The notes: generated from the letters alone by a model not told the origin. A stretch of 41,048 nucleotides of DNA from an uncultured Legionellales bacterium (GCA_964352905.1 CAYGTS010000003.1:1-41048), one strand, 5' to 3'. Counted from the first letter of the stretch, positions 1 through 12,055 are shown. A program made the numbers and translations.

Positions 1-48
1 GGTGGTCGTACTGTTGGTGCGGGTGTCGTTGCAAAGATTATTGAGTAA
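1..48 (+). CDS. tuf: Elongation factor Tu, C-terminal fragment (cut by window start)
   Basis: Translates GGRTVGAGVVAKIIE*, the conserved EF-Tu C-terminus, just upstream of rpsJ. Confidence 0.97.
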   Translation, partial: GGRTVGAGVVAKIIE

Positions 49-55
49 TCAGGTG

Positions 56-90
56 AAAGGCAATGTTACTAAAACAGCATTGCCTTTTTT
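56..90 (+). terminator. Intrinsic terminator after tuf
   Basis: AAAGGCAATG...CATTGCCTTT stem followed by a T run. Confidence 0.8.
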
Positions 91-162
91 AGTTGAGTAA
101 GAAAATCAAATTGAAAAGCAACAATAAATAAAATTGCTTTTAGTTAACGAGGTTAATTGGCG

Positions 163-489
163 ATGGAAAAAGTAAATCAACGCATCAGAATAAGATTGAA
201 ATCATACGATCATCGTTTGATTGATCAATCAACTCGTGAAATAGTTGATACCGCAAAACGTACGGGCGCTCAAATTCGTGGCCCAATTCCATTACCAACT
301 AAGATTGAAAGAGTTACCGTATTAATTTCTCCGCATGTTGATAAAGATGCGCGTGATCAATATGAAATTCGCACCCATAAAAGACTGGTCGATATTGTTA
401 GGCCAACTGATAAAACAGTTGATGCTTTAATGAAGCTAGACTTAGCAGCGGGTGTGAATGTTCACATTAGTGTGGATAAAGTCGAATAA
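163..489 (+). CDS. rpsJ: 30S ribosomal protein S10
   Basis: [15 protein letters not shown]...GPIPLPT...RTHKRL; ATG at 163 preferred over TTG at 157. Confidence 0.98.
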   Translation: MEKVNQRIRIRLKSYDHRLIDQSTREIVDTAKRTGAQIRGPIPLPTKIERVTVLISPHVDKDARDQYEIRTHKRLVDIVRPTDKTVDALMKLDLAAGVNVHISVDKVE

Positions 490-536
490 TTGAGCAGAAT
501 GTAGCGCAGGTTACTTTCTGAAAAGAGGTATTGAAA

Positions 537-1205
537 ATGGCAATTGGTTTAATCGGTCGAAAATGTGGGATGACAAGAGTGTTCACTGAAAGTGGGCAAT
601 CTATTCCTGTGACTGTTGTTGAAATTGAGCCTAATCGTGTAACACAACTAAAAACACTTAATAGTGATGGTTATGAAGCAATTCAAATTACGACAGGTTC
701 CAAAAAGGCATCAAGAGTTACCAAACCCCTAGCAGGGCATTATGCAAAAGCAAAAGTTGAGCTTGGTAGAGGTTTATGGGAATTCCGAATTGAATCTGAA
801 CAAGAAAAAGAAAATTTTTCTAAATTAAATCTTGGCGATACGCTAACCGTAGAATTATTCCAAGCAGGTCAGTTAATTGATGTGACAGGCGTTTCGAAAG
901 GTAAAGGTTTTCAAGGTGTTATCAAGCGTCATAATTTCCGCGGGCAAGATAGAAGTCACGGTAACTCATTATCGCACCGTGTTCATGGTTCAGTTGGCCA
1001 AAACCAAACGCCTGGCCGTGTTTTTAAAGGTAAAAAAATGGCTGGTCAACTTGGTAATAAACGTTGCACTGTACAAAACCAAGAAGTCGTACGTATTGAT
1101 AAAGAGCGCAACATTTTATTGGTTAAAGGTGTCGTACCTGGCGCGCCTGGTAGTAATGTCATCGTTAAACATGCGGTGAAAGCACAAGGCCAAAAGGGAG
1201 AATAA
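537..1205 (+). CDS. rplC: 50S ribosomal protein L3
   Basis: [33 protein letters not shown]; GAGGT SD before ATG 537. Confidence 0.98.
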   Translation: MAIGLIGRKCGMTRVFTESGQSIPVTVVEIEPNRVTQLKTLNSDGYEAIQITTGSKKASRVTKPLAGHYAKAKVELGRGLWEFRIESEQEKENFSKLNLGDTLTVELFQAGQLIDVTGVSKGKGFQGVIKRHNFRGQDRSHGNSLSHRVHGSVGQNQTPGRVFKGKKMAGQLGNKRCTVQNQEVVRIDKERNILLVKGVVPGAPGSNVIVKHAVKAQGQKGE

Positions 1206-1208
1206 AAA

Positions 1209-1826
1209 ATGCAATTAACATTAGCAGCAATAGGCAATCAAAAAGCAACGACCTTAACTGTTTCTGAAGCAGCCTTTGGTCGTGCGTATAACGAAGCATT
1301 AGTTCATCAAGTTGTTACCGCGTATTTAGCAGGTGGTCGTGCCGGTACTCGCGCACAAAAAACTCGCGCTGAAGTCAGTGGCGGTGGTGCTAAACCCTGG
1401 AAACAAAAAGGAACGGGTCGTGCTCGTGCGGGTTCGAATCGTAGCCCGATTTGGCGTACTGGTGGCGTGACTTTTGCATCAAAAACACAGGACTTTTCAC
1501 AAAAAGTTAACAAAAAAATGTATCGTGGTGCCTTACAATCAATTTTATCTGAGTTAATTAGGCAAGAACGTTTAATCGTTGTGAATGAGTTAACGCTTGA
1601 GCAGCCTAAAACAAAAATGCTTGTCGCAAAATTAAAAGAGTTAGGTTTGAAAGATGCGTTGATTATTTCTGAGAATATTACTGATGAGCTTTATCTTGCG
1701 TCACGTAACATTCCATACGTAACCGTCATTGATGTATCAGGAGTTGATCCAGTGAGCTTGATCAGTCATTCAAACGTTGTTGTAAGCGTTAATGCATTAA
1801 AGAAAATAGAGGATATGCTGGCATGA
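1209..1826 (+). CDS. rplD: 50S ribosomal protein L4
   Basis: [15 protein letters not shown] motif; operon order. Confidence 0.98.
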   Translation: MQLTLAAIGNQKATTLTVSEAAFGRAYNEALVHQVVTAYLAGGRAGTRAQKTRAEVSGGGAKPWKQKGTGRARAGSNRSPIWRTGGVTFASKTQDFSQKVNKKMYRGALQSILSELIRQERLIVVNELTLEQPKTKMLVAKLKELGLKDALIISENITDELYLASRNIPYVTVIDVSGVDPVSLISHSNVVVSVNALKKIEDMLA

Positions 1827-2119
1827 AAGAAGAAAGATTATTAAACATTATTCTTGCGCCAGTTGTATCAGAAAAGAGCACAGTCTTAGCGGAAAAAAAT
1901 CGGCAGTTTGTATTTAAAGTCCGTAAAGATGCTAAAAAGCCAGAAATTAAACAAGCCATTGAAAAACTTTTTAATGTCGCAGTTATTTCTGTGCAAGTCA
2001 ATAATGTTAAAAGTAAAGTAAAACGCCGTGGGCAAATTATAGGTCAGCGTAAAGGCTGGAAAAAAGCCTATGTATGCTTGCAAGAAGGGTATGACATTAA
2101 CTTTGCAGCGTTAGATTAA
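1823..2119 (+). CDS. rplW: 50S ribosomal protein L23
   Basis: APVVSEKS...WKKAYV; operon order. Confidence 0.97.
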   Translation: MKEERLLNIILAPVVSEKSTVLAEKNRQFVFKVRKDAKKPEIKQAIEKLFNVAVISVQVNNVKSKVKRRGQIIGQRKGWKKAYVCLQEGYDINFAALD

Positions 2120-2132
2120 GTGGGAAAAAGCA

Positions 2133-2960
2133 ATGCCAGTAATTAAACGAAAACCAACCTCACCAGGAAGACGATTTGTAACGCAAGTTGTCAATCCAGA
2201 TTTGCATAAAGGTAAGCCCCATAGTGCACTATTGAAAAGAAAAAATCGCATCAATGGTCGCAATAACAAAGGGCGCATTACTGTGCGTCATCGTGGGGGC
2301 GGTAGTAAAAAGCATTATCGTATTATTGACTTTAAGCGCTTGAAAGACGGTATTCCAGCTAAAGTTGAACGGCTAGAATATGATCCTAATCGCAGCGCGT
2401 ATATTGCACTAATCTTATTTGCTGATGGTGAAAGACGCTATATCATTGCACCTAAAGGGTTAAAAGTAGGCGCAACGATAATTTCAGGAAACGATGCTCC
2501 TATTAAACCGGGTAACTGTTTGTCAATTAGCAACATACCTGTTGGAACGACGATTCACTGTATAGAGTTAAAACCTAAAAAAGGTGCGCAACTAGTCAGA
2601 AGTGCTGGCGGTTATGCGCAACTTGTTGCAAGAGAAGGTAGTTATGCAACCATTCGCCTACGTTCTGGTGAAATGCGCAAAATATTAACTGAATGTCGTG
2701 CAACTATTGGTGAAGTCTCAAATTCAGAGCATTCATTACGCTCGTTAGGTAAAGCGGGTGCTTCAAGATGGCGTGGTCGTCGTCCAACAGTTCGTGGTGT
2801 TGCTATGAACCCTGTTGATCATCCACACGGTGGTGGTGAAGGTAGAACGTCTGGTGGGCGTCATCCTGTGTCACCTTGGGGTATGCCAACAAAAGGTTAT
2901 AAGACAAGACATAACAAGCGTACTAATAAAATGATAGTGCGCAAACGTGACAAAAATTAA
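2133..2960 (+). CDS. rplB: 50S ribosomal protein L2
   Basis: [25 protein letters not shown]. Confidence 0.99.
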   Translation: MPVIKRKPTSPGRRFVTQVVNPDLHKGKPHSALLKRKNRINGRNNKGRITVRHRGGGSKKHYRIIDFKRLKDGIPAKVERLEYDPNRSAYIALILFADGERRYIIAPKGLKVGATIISGNDAPIKPGNCLSISNIPVGTTIHCIELKPKKGAQLVRSAGGYAQLVAREGSYATIRLRSGEMRKILTECRATIGEVSNSEHSLRSLGKAGASRWRGRRPTVRGVAMNPVDHPHGGGEGRTSGGRHPVSPWGMPTKGYKTRHNKRTNKMIVRKRDKN

Positions 2961-2977
2961 TTAAAGAGGTATTGATT

Positions 2978-3250
2978 GTGGCTCGATCATTAAAAAAAGG
3001 TCCCTTCATTGACCACCACTTGCTAAACAAAGTTGAAGAAACAGTTGCTAGCAATAGCAAAAAGCCAATTAAAACTTGGTCAAGAAGATCAATGGTTATT
3101 CCGCCCATGGTTGGTGTCACCATTGCTGTTCATAATGGGAAAGTCTTTGTGCCGCTCTTTATTACTGAAAACATGGTAGGTCACAAATTAGGCGAATTTG
3201 TATTAACAAGAACATTTAAGTCACATTCTGGTGATAAAAAATCGAAATAG
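2978..3250 (+). CDS. rpsS: 30S ribosomal protein S19
   Basis: ARSLKKGPF...KTWSRRS...GHKLGEF; GTG start at 2978 likely. Confidence 0.97.
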   Translation: MARSLKKGPFIDHHLLNKVEETVASNSKKPIKTWSRRSMVIPPMVGVTIAVHNGKVFVPLFITENMVGHKLGEFVLTRTFKSHSGDKKSK

Positions 3251-3262
3251 TGTAGAGGAAAG

Positions 3263-3610
3263 ATGATGGAAATTGCGGCAGTCTATAAACACGCAAGAGT
3301 CTCAGCACAGAAAGTAAGATTAGTCGCTGATCTCATTCGTAATAAACCCGTTGATAAAGCGCTAGATATTCTAACATTTAGCCGCAAACGCGCAGCCAAA
3401 ATCGTGAAGTCTGCTCTAGCTTCCGCGATTGCCAATGCAGAAAATAATGAAGGCGCCGATATTGATGAATTGCGCGTATCAACCATTTATGTTGATGAAG
3501 GCCCTACAATGAAACGTTGGCACGCACGTGCTCGTGGCCGTGGCGCTAAAATTTTAAAACGTACTTCACATATTACCGTGAAAGTATCTGACAAAAAGGC
3601 GAGGTCATAA
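3263..3610 (+). CDS. rplV: 50S ribosomal protein L22
   Basis: [13 protein letters not shown]...RARGR...KRTSHITV. Confidence 0.98.
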   Translation: MMEIAAVYKHARVSAQKVRLVADLIRNKPVDKALDILTFSRKRAAKIVKSALASAIANAENNEGADIDELRVSTIYVDEGPTMKRWHARARGRGAKILKRTSHITVKVSDKKARS

Positions 3611-4284
3611 TGGGTCAAAAAGTTAATCCTATTGGTATACGCTTAGGTATTGTTAAAGATTGGAAAGCAAAATGGTATGTTGATCATAAAGACTTTGCTG
3701 ATACCCTCTATTGCGATATTAAAGTTCGTGAATACTTAAGCAAAAAGCTTGCGCATGCTGCAATAAGTCATATTCAAATTGAGCGTCCTGCGCGTAATGC
3801 CGTGATCACCATTTACACAGCGCGTCCTGGTGTCATTATTGGTAAGAGTGGTAAAGACGTTGAAACATTAAAAAACCAATCAAGCAGGATTTTACAATTA
3901 CCTGCGGAGATGGTTCATATTAATATCCAGGAAGTACGCAAACCAGAATTGGATGCTAATTTAGTTGCGCAAAGCATTGCTCAACAATTAGAAAAGCGCG
4001 TCATGTTTCGCCGTGCAATGAAAAGAGCGGTAACCAATGCCATGCGTTTAGGCGCAAAAGGTATTAAAGTGAATGTCAGCGGTCGTTTAGGTGGTGCTGA
4101 AATTGCGCGTAACGAATGGTATCGCGAAGGTCGTGTCCCATTGCATACTTTCAGGGCGGATATTGATTATGGTACGGCTGAAGCTTTAACAACTTACGGC
4201 ATTATTGGTGTTAAAGTTTGGATTTTCAAAGGTGAAGTTCTTGGCAAGGAAGAACAACCAAAACAAGAAACAGCCGCGAGTTAA
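3610..4284 (+). CDS. rpsC: 30S ribosomal protein S3
   Basis: [37 protein letters not shown]. Confidence 0.99.
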   Translation: MGQKVNPIGIRLGIVKDWKAKWYVDHKDFADTLYCDIKVREYLSKKLAHAAISHIQIERPARNAVITIYTARPGVIIGKSGKDVETLKNQSSRILQLPAEMVHINIQEVRKPELDANLVAQSIAQQLEKRVMFRRAMKRAVTNAMRLGAKGIKVNVSGRLGGAEIARNEWYREGRVPLHTFRADIDYGTAEALTTYGIIGVKVWIFKGEVLGKEEQPKQETAAS

Positions 4285-4354
4285 AAAGGTAAGTCCCCTG
4301 TTGATAAAAACTCAAGGGGCTAAGAATGAACATATAATTTTGTGAGACATAGTC

Positions 4355-4768
4355 ATGTTGCAACCAAAACGGACAAAATTTAGGAAACAGCAAAAAGGCC
4401 GCAACCGAGGTTTGGCAGTGCGTGGCAGCTCAGTCAGCTTTGGTGATTTTGGCCTTAAGTGTATTGGTCGTGGTCGAATCACAGCGCGCCAAATTGAAGC
4501 GGCGCGGCGTGCCATTACACGTCATATCAAACGGGGTGGTAAGGTTTGGATCCGTATATTTCCTGACAAGCCTATTACAAAAAAACCACTTGAAGTGCGC
4601 CAAGGTAAAGGTAAAGGTAATGTGGAGTACTGGGTTGCTTTAGTACAACCAGGTAGCATGCTATTTGAAGTTGAAGGTGTGTCACGTGATATTGCTGAGC
4701 GCGCTTTTGAACTTGCTGCTGCCAAGTTACCCGTACAAACAACTTTTGAAGAACGGACGATAATGTAA
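4355..4768 (+). CDS. rplP: 50S ribosomal protein L16
   Basis: [25 protein letters not shown]. Confidence 0.98.
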   Translation: MLQPKRTKFRKQQKGRNRGLAVRGSSVSFGDFGLKCIGRGRITARQIEAARRAITRHIKRGGKVWIRIFPDKPITKKPLEVRQGKGKGNVEYWVALVQPGSMLFEVEGVSRDIAERAFELAAAKLPVQTTFEERTIM

Positions 4769-4980
4769 TGAAAACACAAGAATTGCACCAAATGTCTCAA
4801 GCAGACTTAAAAAAAGAGTTATTAGCAACCACACGCGAGTTATTTAATCTACGCATTCGCAAGGGCGTTGGCCAATTAACAAAGACGCATACCTTAACCG
4901 TTGCACGTAGAAATATTGCACGGTTAAAAACAATCATTAATCAGAAACAACGCGAGCAAACAGGTGAAGCGCAATCATGA
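4768..4980 (+). CDS. rpmC: 50S ribosomal protein L29
   Basis: ELFNLR...RRNIARLKT; operon order. Confidence 0.95.
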   Translation: MKTQELHQMSQADLKKELLATTRELFNLRIRKGVGQLTKTHTLTVARRNIARLKTIINQKQREQTGEAQS

Positions 4981-5240
4981 ATGCTGAAGTGAAAAAAATT
5001 GAACGTACCCTAACTGGAGAAGTAGTTAGCGCTGTTATGAACAAATCGATTACCGTTTTGGTAGTTCGTAATATAAAACATCCTAAATATGGGAAATATA
5101 TTAAAAAAACCACCAAAGTTCATGCGCATGATGAAAACAATATTTGTAAACAGGGTGATAAAGTTATTGTTAAAGAATGTAGACCGATTTCTAAAACTAA
5201 GTCATGGCAGTTAGTTGAAGTTGTCGAATCTGCAGAGTAA
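4977..5240 (+). CDS. rpsQ: 30S ribosomal protein S17
   Basis: KHPKYGKYI...HAHDE...[11 protein letters not shown]. Confidence 0.98.
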   Translation: MNAEVKKIERTLTGEVVSAVMNKSITVLVVRNIKHPKYGKYIKKTTKVHAHDENNICKQGDKVIVKECRPISKTKSWQLVEVVESAE

Positions 5241-5284
5241 TTTTAATAAATAATTAATAACTTGTTATATAGTTAAAAAAAAAG

Positions 5285-5293
5285 TGTTATACT
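5285..5293 (+). promoter_or_regulatory. Candidate spc operon promoter (extended -10)
   Basis: TGtTATACT in the rpsQ-rplN spacer, where Pspc is expected. Confidence 0.45.
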
Positions 5294-5405
5294 CTTGTCC
5301 CTTTGTAACTAAAGCGTGCACAAGAAACAGCGGTTTAGGTTAAAGTGAGTATTCCAAAAATAGCTGGAAATCGCTGATGAAAGACAGATTAGTTGGAGAT
5401 GAAAA

Positions 5406-5774
5406 ATGATTCAAACACAAACGCTCCTTGATGTAGCAGATAATAGTGGTGCGCGTCGAGTCATGTGTATAAAGGTGTTGGGCGGATCCCATCGTCGTTA
5501 TGCTGGCATTGGCGATATTATTAAAGTCAGCATCAAAGAAGCTATACCACGTGGGCGTGTAAAAAAAGGGGATGTCCTAAAAGCAGTTGTTGTGAGAACC
5601 TGCTCCGGTGTGCGTCGTCCTGATGGATCATTAATTCGCTTCGATAGTAATTCAGTTGTCTTGCTAAATAACCAAGATCAACCGATTGGCACTCGTATTT
5701 TTGGTCCGGTGACCAGAGAATTGCGTAATGAAAAATTTATGAAAATTATTTCATTAGCCCCTGAAGTATTATAG
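5406..5774 (+). CDS. rplN: 50S ribosomal protein L14
   Basis: [18 protein letters not shown]...IISLAPEVL. Confidence 0.99.
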   Translation: MIQTQTLLDVADNSGARRVMCIKVLGGSHRRYAGIGDIIKVSIKEAIPRGRVKKGDVLKAVVVRTCSGVRRPDGSLIRFDSNSVVLLNNQDQPIGTRIFGPVTRELRNEKFMKIISLAPEVL

Positions 5775-5787
5775 GCAGGATTTTGGA

Positions 5788-6102
5788 ATGAATAAAATTA
5801 AAACTGGTGATGAAGTAATCGTTTTAACAGGCAAAGATAAAGGCCGTCGTGGTCGCATATTACGTATTCTAAAGCAACGTGTCGTTGTAGAAGGTATCAA
5901 CATGATGCGTAAACATGTCAAGCAAAACCCTAATACTAATGAGCAAGGTGGTATTTTAGATCGTGAAGCACCATTAAACATTTCTAATGTTGCGATTTAC
6001 AACAATGCGACGGGTAAAGCTGATCGTGTTGGATTCAAATACCTTGAAGATGGCACAAAAGTTCGTTACTTCAAAAGTAACAATGAAGTAATTGATGTGT
6101 AA
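5788..6102 (+). CDS. rplX: 50S ribosomal protein L24
   Basis: KOW motif [16 protein letters not shown]. Confidence 0.98.
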   Translation: MNKIKTGDEVIVLTGKDKGRRGRILRILKQRVVVEGINMMRKHVKQNPNTNEQGGILDREAPLNISNVAIYNNATGKADRVGFKYLEDGTKVRYFKSNNEVIDV

Positions 6103-6112
6103 TGGTGAGATA

Positions 6113-6655
6113 ATGTCTAGATTAAACGAAGTATATAAAAATGAAATTGCAGCAAAGTTACAAAAACAATTTAACTTTGATAGCATTATGCAAGTCCCAA
6201 AGATCACAAAGATCACGCTTAATATGGGGTTAGGTGAAGCAATTGCCGATAAAAAAATTATCCAAGCAGCAGTTGCAGATATGATTAAAATTTCTGGTCA
6301 AAAGCCGGTTGTTAATAATGCACGTAAATCTGTTGCTGGCTTTAAAATCCGTGAGGGCTGGCCAATTGGTTGCAAAGTCACATTACGCCGCGATCGCATG
6401 TATGATTTTTTAGATCGTTTGATTAGTATTGCTATTCCACGTATTCGTGATTTTCGTGGTTTCAGCAAAAAATCATTTGATGGGCGAGGTAACTATAGCT
6501 TAGGCATAGCAGAGCAAATCGTATTCCCTGAAATTGATTATGACAAGATTGATAAATTACGCGGTCTCGATATTTGTATCACAACTAGCGCAAAAAACAA
6601 TGAAGAAGGTTTTGCTTTATTGAGCGCATTTAATTTTCCATTTAAAGAAAAATAG
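6113..6655 (+). CDS. rplE: 50S ribosomal protein L5
   Basis: [28 protein letters not shown]; ATG 6113 preferred. Confidence 0.98.
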   Translation: MSRLNEVYKNEIAAKLQKQFNFDSIMQVPKITKITLNMGLGEAIADKKIIQAAVADMIKISGQKPVVNNARKSVAGFKIREGWPIGCKVTLRRDRMYDFLDRLISIAIPRIRDFRGFSKKSFDGRGNYSLGIAEQIVFPEIDYDKIDKLRGLDICITTSAKNNEEGFALLSAFNFPFKEK

Positions 6656-6672
6656 GGTGGAGTTTAAGAGTA

Positions 6673-6996
6673 ATGGCTAAGAATTCGGTCACAGCACGTG
6701 AAAAGCAACGACGTGAAACAGTTAAGCGTTATGCTACAAAAACAGCACGCATCAAAGAAGTTATTAGGCAGGCAATTCTTGATGATCTGAATGGGAAAGA
6801 CGACACTGATGTCTTTTCTGCAACTCAAGCATTAAATAAATTGCCACGAAACGCCAGTAAGGCGCGGTTGCATCGTCGTTGCCGTCTTTGCAGCCGATCA
6901 CGCAGTGTTTATCGCAAGTTTGGCCTATGCCGTATCTGTTTACGCCAAGCTGCAATGCGCGGTGATATTCCGGGCTTAGTTAAAGCAAGTTGGTAG
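6673..6996 (+). CDS. rpsN: 30S ribosomal protein S14 (long form with four Cys)
   Basis: LPRNAS...RCRLC...[10 protein letters not shown]...PGLVKASW; operon order. Confidence 0.96.
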   Translation: MAKNSVTAREKQRRETVKRYATKTARIKEVIRQAILDDLNGKDDTDVFSATQALNKLPRNASKARLHRRCRLCSRSRSVYRKFGLCRICLRQAAMRGDIPGLVKASW

Positions 6997-7059
6997 CAGG
7001 GTAATTTATTTATGATTTATCATTGCAGAAAAATAAAATTTTTTTTAGGAGTTTGCTAA

Positions 7060-7455
7060 ATGAGCATGCAAGATCCAGTAGCTGATATGTTAACCCGTAT
7101 TCGCAATGCGCAAGCGGCGGAATTTGCTGAGGTTAATATGCCATCTTCAAAAGTTAAAATTGCTATCGCACGCGTGTTGAAAGACGAAGGTTATATCGTT
7201 GATTATCGTGTTGATGAAAATGCTGGCAAACCCCAGTTGATGATTGCTTTGAAATATTTTCAAGGTAAAGGTGTTATTGAAAAAATTAAGCGCGTATCTC
7301 GTCCAGGTTTACGTATTTATAAAAACAAAGATGAGTTACCTGTAATCTTAAATGGCTTAGGTATTTCTATTGTATCCACCTCAAGCGGTGTTATGACGTC
7401 ACGCCAAGCGCGTGCGAATAACCAAGGTGGCGAAATTCTTTGCACAGTTGAATAA
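7060..7455 (+). CDS. rpsH: 30S ribosomal protein S8
   Basis: [28 protein letters not shown]. Confidence 0.99.
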   Translation: MSMQDPVADMLTRIRNAQAAEFAEVNMPSSKVKIAIARVLKDEGYIVDYRVDENAGKPQLMIALKYFQGKGVIEKIKRVSRPGLRIYKNKDELPVILNGLGISIVSTSSGVMTSRQARANNQGGEILCTVE

Positions 7456-7467
7456 TGAGGTTAAGAG

Positions 7468-8004
7468 ATGGGATCAAGAGTTGCCAATAACCCGATTACC
7501 TTGCCAAAAGGTGTCGAAGCTAATATTAATGGCTCTATTATTGCAATCAAAGGTGCTAAAGGGCAATTAAATCATAAATTGCATAAGCATGTAAAAGTTA
7601 TGCTTGAAGATTCAGTTATTACCTTTGCAATGAATGATGAAAAAGAAAGTAACAGTGCTCTTGCGGGAACATCGCGCGCCATTATTAACAATATGGTAAA
7701 AGGTGTTAGTGAAGGTTTTGAGACTAAACTCGTATTAGTTGGTGTAGGTTACCGTGCGCAAGCGCAGGGTAACGTGCTCAATTTAACCTTAGGTTTCTCA
7801 CATCCTGTAAAATTTGATGTGCCACAAGGCATTAATATTGAAACCCCAAGCCAAACTGAAGTACTAATCAAAGGTATTGATAAGCAATTAGTTGGGCAAG
7901 TTGCAGCTAATATACGTGACATTCGTCCACCTGAGCCTTACAAAGGTAAAGGTGTTCGCTATGCTAACGAGCAAATTATTCTTAAAGAAACTAAGAAGAA
8001 ATAA
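7468..8004 (+). CDS. rplF: 50S ribosomal protein L6
   Basis: [26 protein letters not shown]. Confidence 0.99.
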   Translation: MGSRVANNPITLPKGVEANINGSIIAIKGAKGQLNHKLHKHVKVMLEDSVITFAMNDEKESNSALAGTSRAIINNMVKGVSEGFETKLVLVGVGYRAQAQGNVLNLTLGFSHPVKFDVPQGINIETPSQTEVLIKGIDKQLVGQVAANIRDIRPPEPYKGKGVRYANEQIILKETKKK

Positions 8005-8035
8005 TCGGGCAAACTATAGTTAAGAGGATTCGGTT

Positions 8036-8395
8036 ATGTTACAAAAAAAAGTAACAAGAGTGCGCAGAGCGACAAAAGTTCGTAGAAAAATCTATGAGGA
8101 CGGCAAAGTTCGTTTGAATATTCATCGTTCACTTAATCACATCTATGCGCAAGTAATATCTGCAGATGGATCACAAGTACTTGCTTATGCAAATAGCTTA
8201 GAAAAAGAGCTAAAAAATGCAGTTGAAGCAGCTAAAAACAAAAAAGAAGCTGCCAAAGTGATTGGTAAAGCTATTGCAGAAAGAGCAATCGCCAAAGGGG
8301 TTAAACAAGTTGCGTTTGATCGTTCAGGGTTTAAATATCATGGTCGCATTCAAGCGTTAGCTGATGCTGCTCGCGAAAGCGGTTTAGAATTTTAA
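8036..8395 (+). CDS. rplR: 50S ribosomal protein L18
   Basis: [36 protein letters not shown]. Confidence 0.98.
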   Translation: MLQKKVTRVRRATKVRRKIYEDGKVRLNIHRSLNHIYAQVISADGSQVLAYANSLEKELKNAVEAAKNKKEAAKVIGKAIAERAIAKGVKQVAFDRSGFKYHGRIQALADAARESGLEF

Positions 8396-8407
8396 GGGTT
8401 TATAAAT

Positions 8408-8932
8408 ATGTCAAGTTTTGATCTTTCAACAAAAAGCGACGGCATGTATGAAAAGCTTGTCGCAGTTAATCGTAATGCCAAAGTAGTTAAAGGTGGCCGA
8501 ATCTTTAGCTTTGCAGCAGTAACCGTTGTTGGTGATGGTAAAGGTCGGATTGGTGTAGGTCGTGGTAAAGCACGTGAAGTACCTGTTGCGATCCAGAAAG
8601 CCTTGGAAGCGGCTCGTCGCAATATGTTTCATGTTGAACTTAATGGCGATACATTATTCTATGAGATTACGGCGCGCCATAGTGCAACAAAAGTCTTCAT
8701 GAAACCTGCTGCAGAAGGTACGGGTATTATTGCTGGTGGTTCAATGCGTGCAGTGTTTGAAGTATTAGGTGTCAATAATGTACTAGCTAAAGTTATTGGT
8801 TCCTCTAATCCGGCAAACGTTGTTTACGCAACGATTAAAGGATTAAAAGATATGGCTTCTCCAGATTATTATGCGGAGAAGAGAGGCAAAACAGTTGAAG
8901 AATTAGTAGGTCGTCGTGATGGGCAAGAGTAA
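8408..8932 (+). CDS. rpsE: 30S ribosomal protein S5
   Basis: [24 protein letters not shown]. Confidence 0.99.
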   Translation: MSSFDLSTKSDGMYEKLVAVNRNAKVVKGGRIFSFAAVTVVGDGKGRIGVGRGKAREVPVAIQKALEAARRNMFHVELNGDTLFYEITARHSATKVFMKPAAEGTGIIAGGSMRAVFEVLGVNNVLAKVIGSSNPANVVYATIKGLKDMASPDYYAEKRGKTVEELVGRRDGQE

Positions 8933-9107
8933 ACACTTACGCGTGAAATTAATCCGCAGCATTAGTGGTCGCATTAAATCGCACCAATCTTGTGTGCGCG
9001 GTTTAGGCTTGCGCAAGATCAATGATATCGTTGAAGTAGAAAATACGGATGCGAATCGTGGTATGGTTAACAAAGTTTCATACTTATTAAAATTTGAGGA
9101 AATCTAA
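8919..9107 (+). CDS. rpmD: 50S ribosomal protein L30
   Basis: GLGLRKI...[11 protein letters not shown]; operon order. Confidence 0.95.
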   Translation: MGKSKHLRVKLIRSISGRIKSHQSCVRGLGLRKINDIVEVENTDANRGMVNKVSYLLKFEEI

Positions 9108-9108
9108 C

Positions 9109-9552
9109 ATGTACCTCAATACAATATCACCAGCAGAAGGTGCGAAAAAAAGCAAAATAAGAGTCGGGCGTGGCACTGGTTCACGTCGTGGTAAAACCTG
9201 TGGTCGTGGCCATAAAGGGCAACATTCACGTTCGGGTGGTTACCGCAAAGTTGGATTTGAAGGCGGCCAAATGCCGATTCAGCGTCGTTTACCAAAATTT
9301 GGGTTTACTTCACTAGCTGCTTTAAAACGCACAGAAATTACCTTATCCGAATTAAGTAAATGCGCTGTTGATGAGATATCCCTTAGTGCACTACGCGAAT
9401 CAAATATCATCAGTGCCAAAATTAAATTTGTAAAAATTGTTAACACAGGTGAACTAGGTAGAGCAGTTAATATTAAATTGCAAAATATTAAGGTCACTAA
9501 AGGTGCGCTAGCAGCGATTGAAAAAGCCGGTGGCAAGGTAGTGGAAGCGTAA
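9109..9552 (+). CDS. rplO: 50S ribosomal protein L15
   Basis: [30 protein letters not shown]; ATG 9109 preferred. Confidence 0.98.
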   Translation: MYLNTISPAEGAKKSKIRVGRGTGSRRGKTCGRGHKGQHSRSGGYRKVGFEGGQMPIQRRLPKFGFTSLAALKRTEITLSELSKCAVDEISLSALRESNIISAKIKFVKIVNTGELGRAVNIKLQNIKVTKGALAAIEKAGGKVVEA

Positions 9553-9554
9553 CA

Positions 9555-10889
9555 ATGGCAAATGCAAAAGCTGGATTAAACGTAGCACGTAGCGGTCTTG
9601 CTGAATTAAAGCGGCGCTTGCTTTATGTGCTATTAGGTTTAATCGTTTTTCGCCTAGGTGCGCATGTGCCTGTGCCAGGGCTAAATCCTCAGCGTTTAGC
9701 AAATTTGTTTAACAACCAAACCAATACTATTTTAGGCATGTTTAACATGTTTTCGGGTGGTGCGTTAAGTAAACTCACGGTATTTGCCTTGAGTGTTATG
9801 CCGTATATTTCTGCTTCGATTATTATTCAACTTTTAACAGCAGTATCGCCAAAGTTAGAACAGTTGAAAAAAGAAGGTGAATCAGGTCGCCGCAAGATAA
9901 ATCAATATACTCGCTATGGCACGTTGGTTTTAGCATTTTTCCAGGCGCTAGGCATTTCCAAATGGTTAGCAAGTGAAGGCATTGCACTCGATCCTGGTTT
10001 TACCTTTTATTTTACAGCCACAATTACCTTGGTTACAGGTACTTTATTTTTAATGTGGCTGGGTGAGCAAATGACAGAACGCGGCATTGGTAACGGAATT
10101 TCCCTGATTATTACTGCGGGAATTTTATCTGCATTACCGTCTGCGATAGCACGTACACTACAGCAAGTGCGCGAAGGGCAAATGTCAGTGTTAGCTATAA
10201 TATTAATCATTGCATTAATATTAGTCGTAACTGGCTTTGTTGTTTTCATGGAACGAGGACAACGCCGAATTACTGTTAATTACGCAAAACGCCAACAAGG
10301 GCGGAAAATTTATGCGGCCCAAACGAGTCATTTACCACTTAAGATAAATATGTCGGGTGTGATCCCACCTATTTTTGCTTCAAGTTTAATTTTATTACCT
10401 GGCACACTCGCGCAATTCTTTGGTAATACCAAAGGGTTGGAATGGCTTAGCAATGTTTCGTTATTATTATCGCCAACACAGCCACTTTACATGATGTGTT
10501 ATGCATTTTTAATTATCTTTTTCTGCTTTTTCTATACAGCATTAGTTTTTAATCCTAAAGAAACAGCAGATAATTTGAAAAAATCAGGTGCATTTATCCC
10601 CGGTATTCGCCCCGGAGAGCAGACTGCCAAATATATTGATTCAGTCATGTCACGTTTAACGTTGATTGGTGCAATTTATTTAGCAATCGTGGCGTTATTA
10701 CCTGAATTTATGATTATAGCATGGCATGTGCCCTTCTTTTTTGGCGGGACATCATTGTTAATTATAGTCGTAGTACTTATGGACTTTATGGCTCAGATGC
10801 AGGCATTGTTAATGTCCTACCAATATGAGTCATTAATGAAAAAATCAAACTTGCGCGGTAACCCTGGAAGCGGTGGGTTATTGCGATAA
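9555..10889 (+). CDS. secY: Preprotein translocase subunit SecY
   Basis: [33 protein letters not shown]; multiple TM segments. Confidence 0.99.
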   Translation: MANAKAGLNVARSGLAELKRRLLYVLLGLIVFRLGAHVPVPGLNPQRLANLFNNQTNTILGMFNMFSGGALSKLTVFALSVMPYISASIIIQLLTAVSPKLEQLKKEGESGRRKINQYTRYGTLVLAFFQALGISKWLASEGIALDPGFTFYFTATITLVTGTLFLMWLGEQMTERGIGNGISLIITAGILSALPSAIARTLQQVREGQMSVLAIILIIALILVVTGFVVFMERGQRRITVNYAKRQQGRKIYAAQTSHLPLKINMSGVIPPIFASSLILLPGTLAQFFGNTKGLEWLSNVSLLLSPTQPLYMMCYAFLIIFFCFFYTALVFNPKETADNLKKSGAFIPGIRPGEQTAKYIDSVMSRLTLIGAIYLAIVALLPEFMIIAWHVPFFFGGTSLLIIVVVLMDFMAQMQALLMSYQYESLMKKSNLRGNPGSGGLLR

Positions 10890-10900
10890 TAGGCAGGTAG

Positions 10901-11008
10901 TATACTCGTTGGGTTTCGTGTTGCTCATGTGACATAAAATCGAGCAGCGGAGTGTATACATAAGATTAAGCGTGCAACAAAGCTGCAAAATGAAAGGCGA
11001 GGAGTACA
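10901..11008. repeat. ERIC/IRU-like palindromic miniature element in the secY-rpmJ spacer
   Basis: Ends TATACTC...GAGTACA form an imperfect terminal IR; inner GTTGC/GCAAC; right end CAACAAAGCTGCAAAATGAAAGGCGAGGAGTACA resembles the ERIC right end as recalled. Confidence 0.5.
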
Positions 11009-11012
11009 CAAA

Positions 11013-11126
11013 ATGAAAGTAAGAGCATCAGTAAAAACAATATGCCGCCACTGTAAAGTTATCAAACGCAATGGTGTCATTAGGGTGATCTGTAAAGATC
11101 AAAAACATAAGCAACGCCAAGGCTGA
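11013..11126 (+). CDS. rpmJ: 50S ribosomal protein L36 (Zn-binding type; absent from ORF track)
   Basis: Hand translation [37 protein letters not shown]; AGGAG SD at 11000-11004. Confidence 0.98.
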   Translation: MKVRASVKTICRHCKVIKRNGVIRVICKDQKHKQRQG

Positions 11127-11142
11127 AAATGCATAAATACTA

Positions 11143-11171
11143 TTGATAAATTGCTTATCAACAGTTATCCT
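11143..11171 (+). promoter_or_regulatory. Candidate alpha operon promoter
   Basis: TTGATA-17 nt-TATCCT upstream of rpsM, overlapping the palindrome TTGATAAattgcTTATCAA. Confidence 0.5.
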
Positions 11172-11259
11172 ATCGCATTTTCCGTTACAAATTTAGACAA
11201 TTACCAATGTTAAGAAAAACAACAACTTAGCGTAGGTTAAAATTTAGGAGTTTTAGGGT

Positions 11260-11616
11260 ATGGCCCGTATTGCTGGCATAAACATTCCAGTGCATAAGCA
11301 TGCTGAAATAGCACTAACCGCTATTTATGGTATTGGGCGCACACGTGCGCGCAAAATTTGTGAAAATACTGGTATCAAAACTAGCACCAAAATCAAAGAA
11401 TTAAGTGAAGAAGAAATTGAAAATATACGTCAAGAGGTTGCTAAATTTACTGTAGAAGGTGATTTACGCCGTGAAGTATCAATGAGTATCAAACGCTTAA
11501 TGGATGCTGGTTCTTACCGTGGCATTCGCCACCGTCGTGGCTTACCTGTGCGTGGTCAACGTACTCGTACCAATGCGCGTACTCGCAAAGGTCGTCGTAA
11601 ACCCGTTAGTAAATAA
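11260..11616 (+). CDS. rpsM: 30S ribosomal protein S13
   Basis: [29 protein letters not shown]. Confidence 0.99.
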   Translation: MARIAGINIPVHKHAEIALTAIYGIGRTRARKICENTGIKTSTKIKELSEEEIENIRQEVAKFTVEGDLRREVSMSIKRLMDAGSYRGIRHRRGLPVRGQRTRTNARTRKGRRKPVSK

Positions 11617-11639
11617 AGATTAATTAAGTAGGAATCATT

Positions 11640-12044
11640 ATGGCTCAAGCATCAGCGGCAAAAGCAGCAGCGACTCGTAAAAAAGCAAAGAAACACGTCA
11701 GTGACGGTATTGCACATATTTATGCGAGTTTTAATAATACATTAATCACAATTACTGATCGCCAAGGCAACGTTTTGGCGTGGTCAAGTTCGGCAAGTTG
11801 TGGATTTAAAGGTTCGCGTAAAAGTACTCCTTTCGCAGCACAGGTGGCAGCAGATAAAGTTGGCAACCAAGTCTGTGAAATGTTTAACATGAAAACAGTT
11901 GATGTTCGCGTTAAAGGGCCTGGCCCAGGACGTGAATCTGCTATTCGTGCTTTATCAGCGGCAGGTTTAAAAATTACTTCAATTACTGATGTGACGGGCA
12001 TTCCACATAATGGTTGCCGTCCATCGAAGAAACGCCGCGTATAG
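11640..12044 (+). CDS. rpsK: 30S ribosomal protein S11
   Basis: [27 protein letters not shown]. Confidence 0.99.
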   Translation: MAQASAAKAAATRKKAKKHVSDGIAHIYASFNNTLITITDRQGNVLAWSSSASCGFKGSRKSTPFAAQVAADKVGNQVCEMFNMKTVDVRVKGPGPGRESAIRALSAAGLKITSITDVTGIPHNGCRPSKKRRV

Positions 12045-12055
12045 GAGAATAATGA

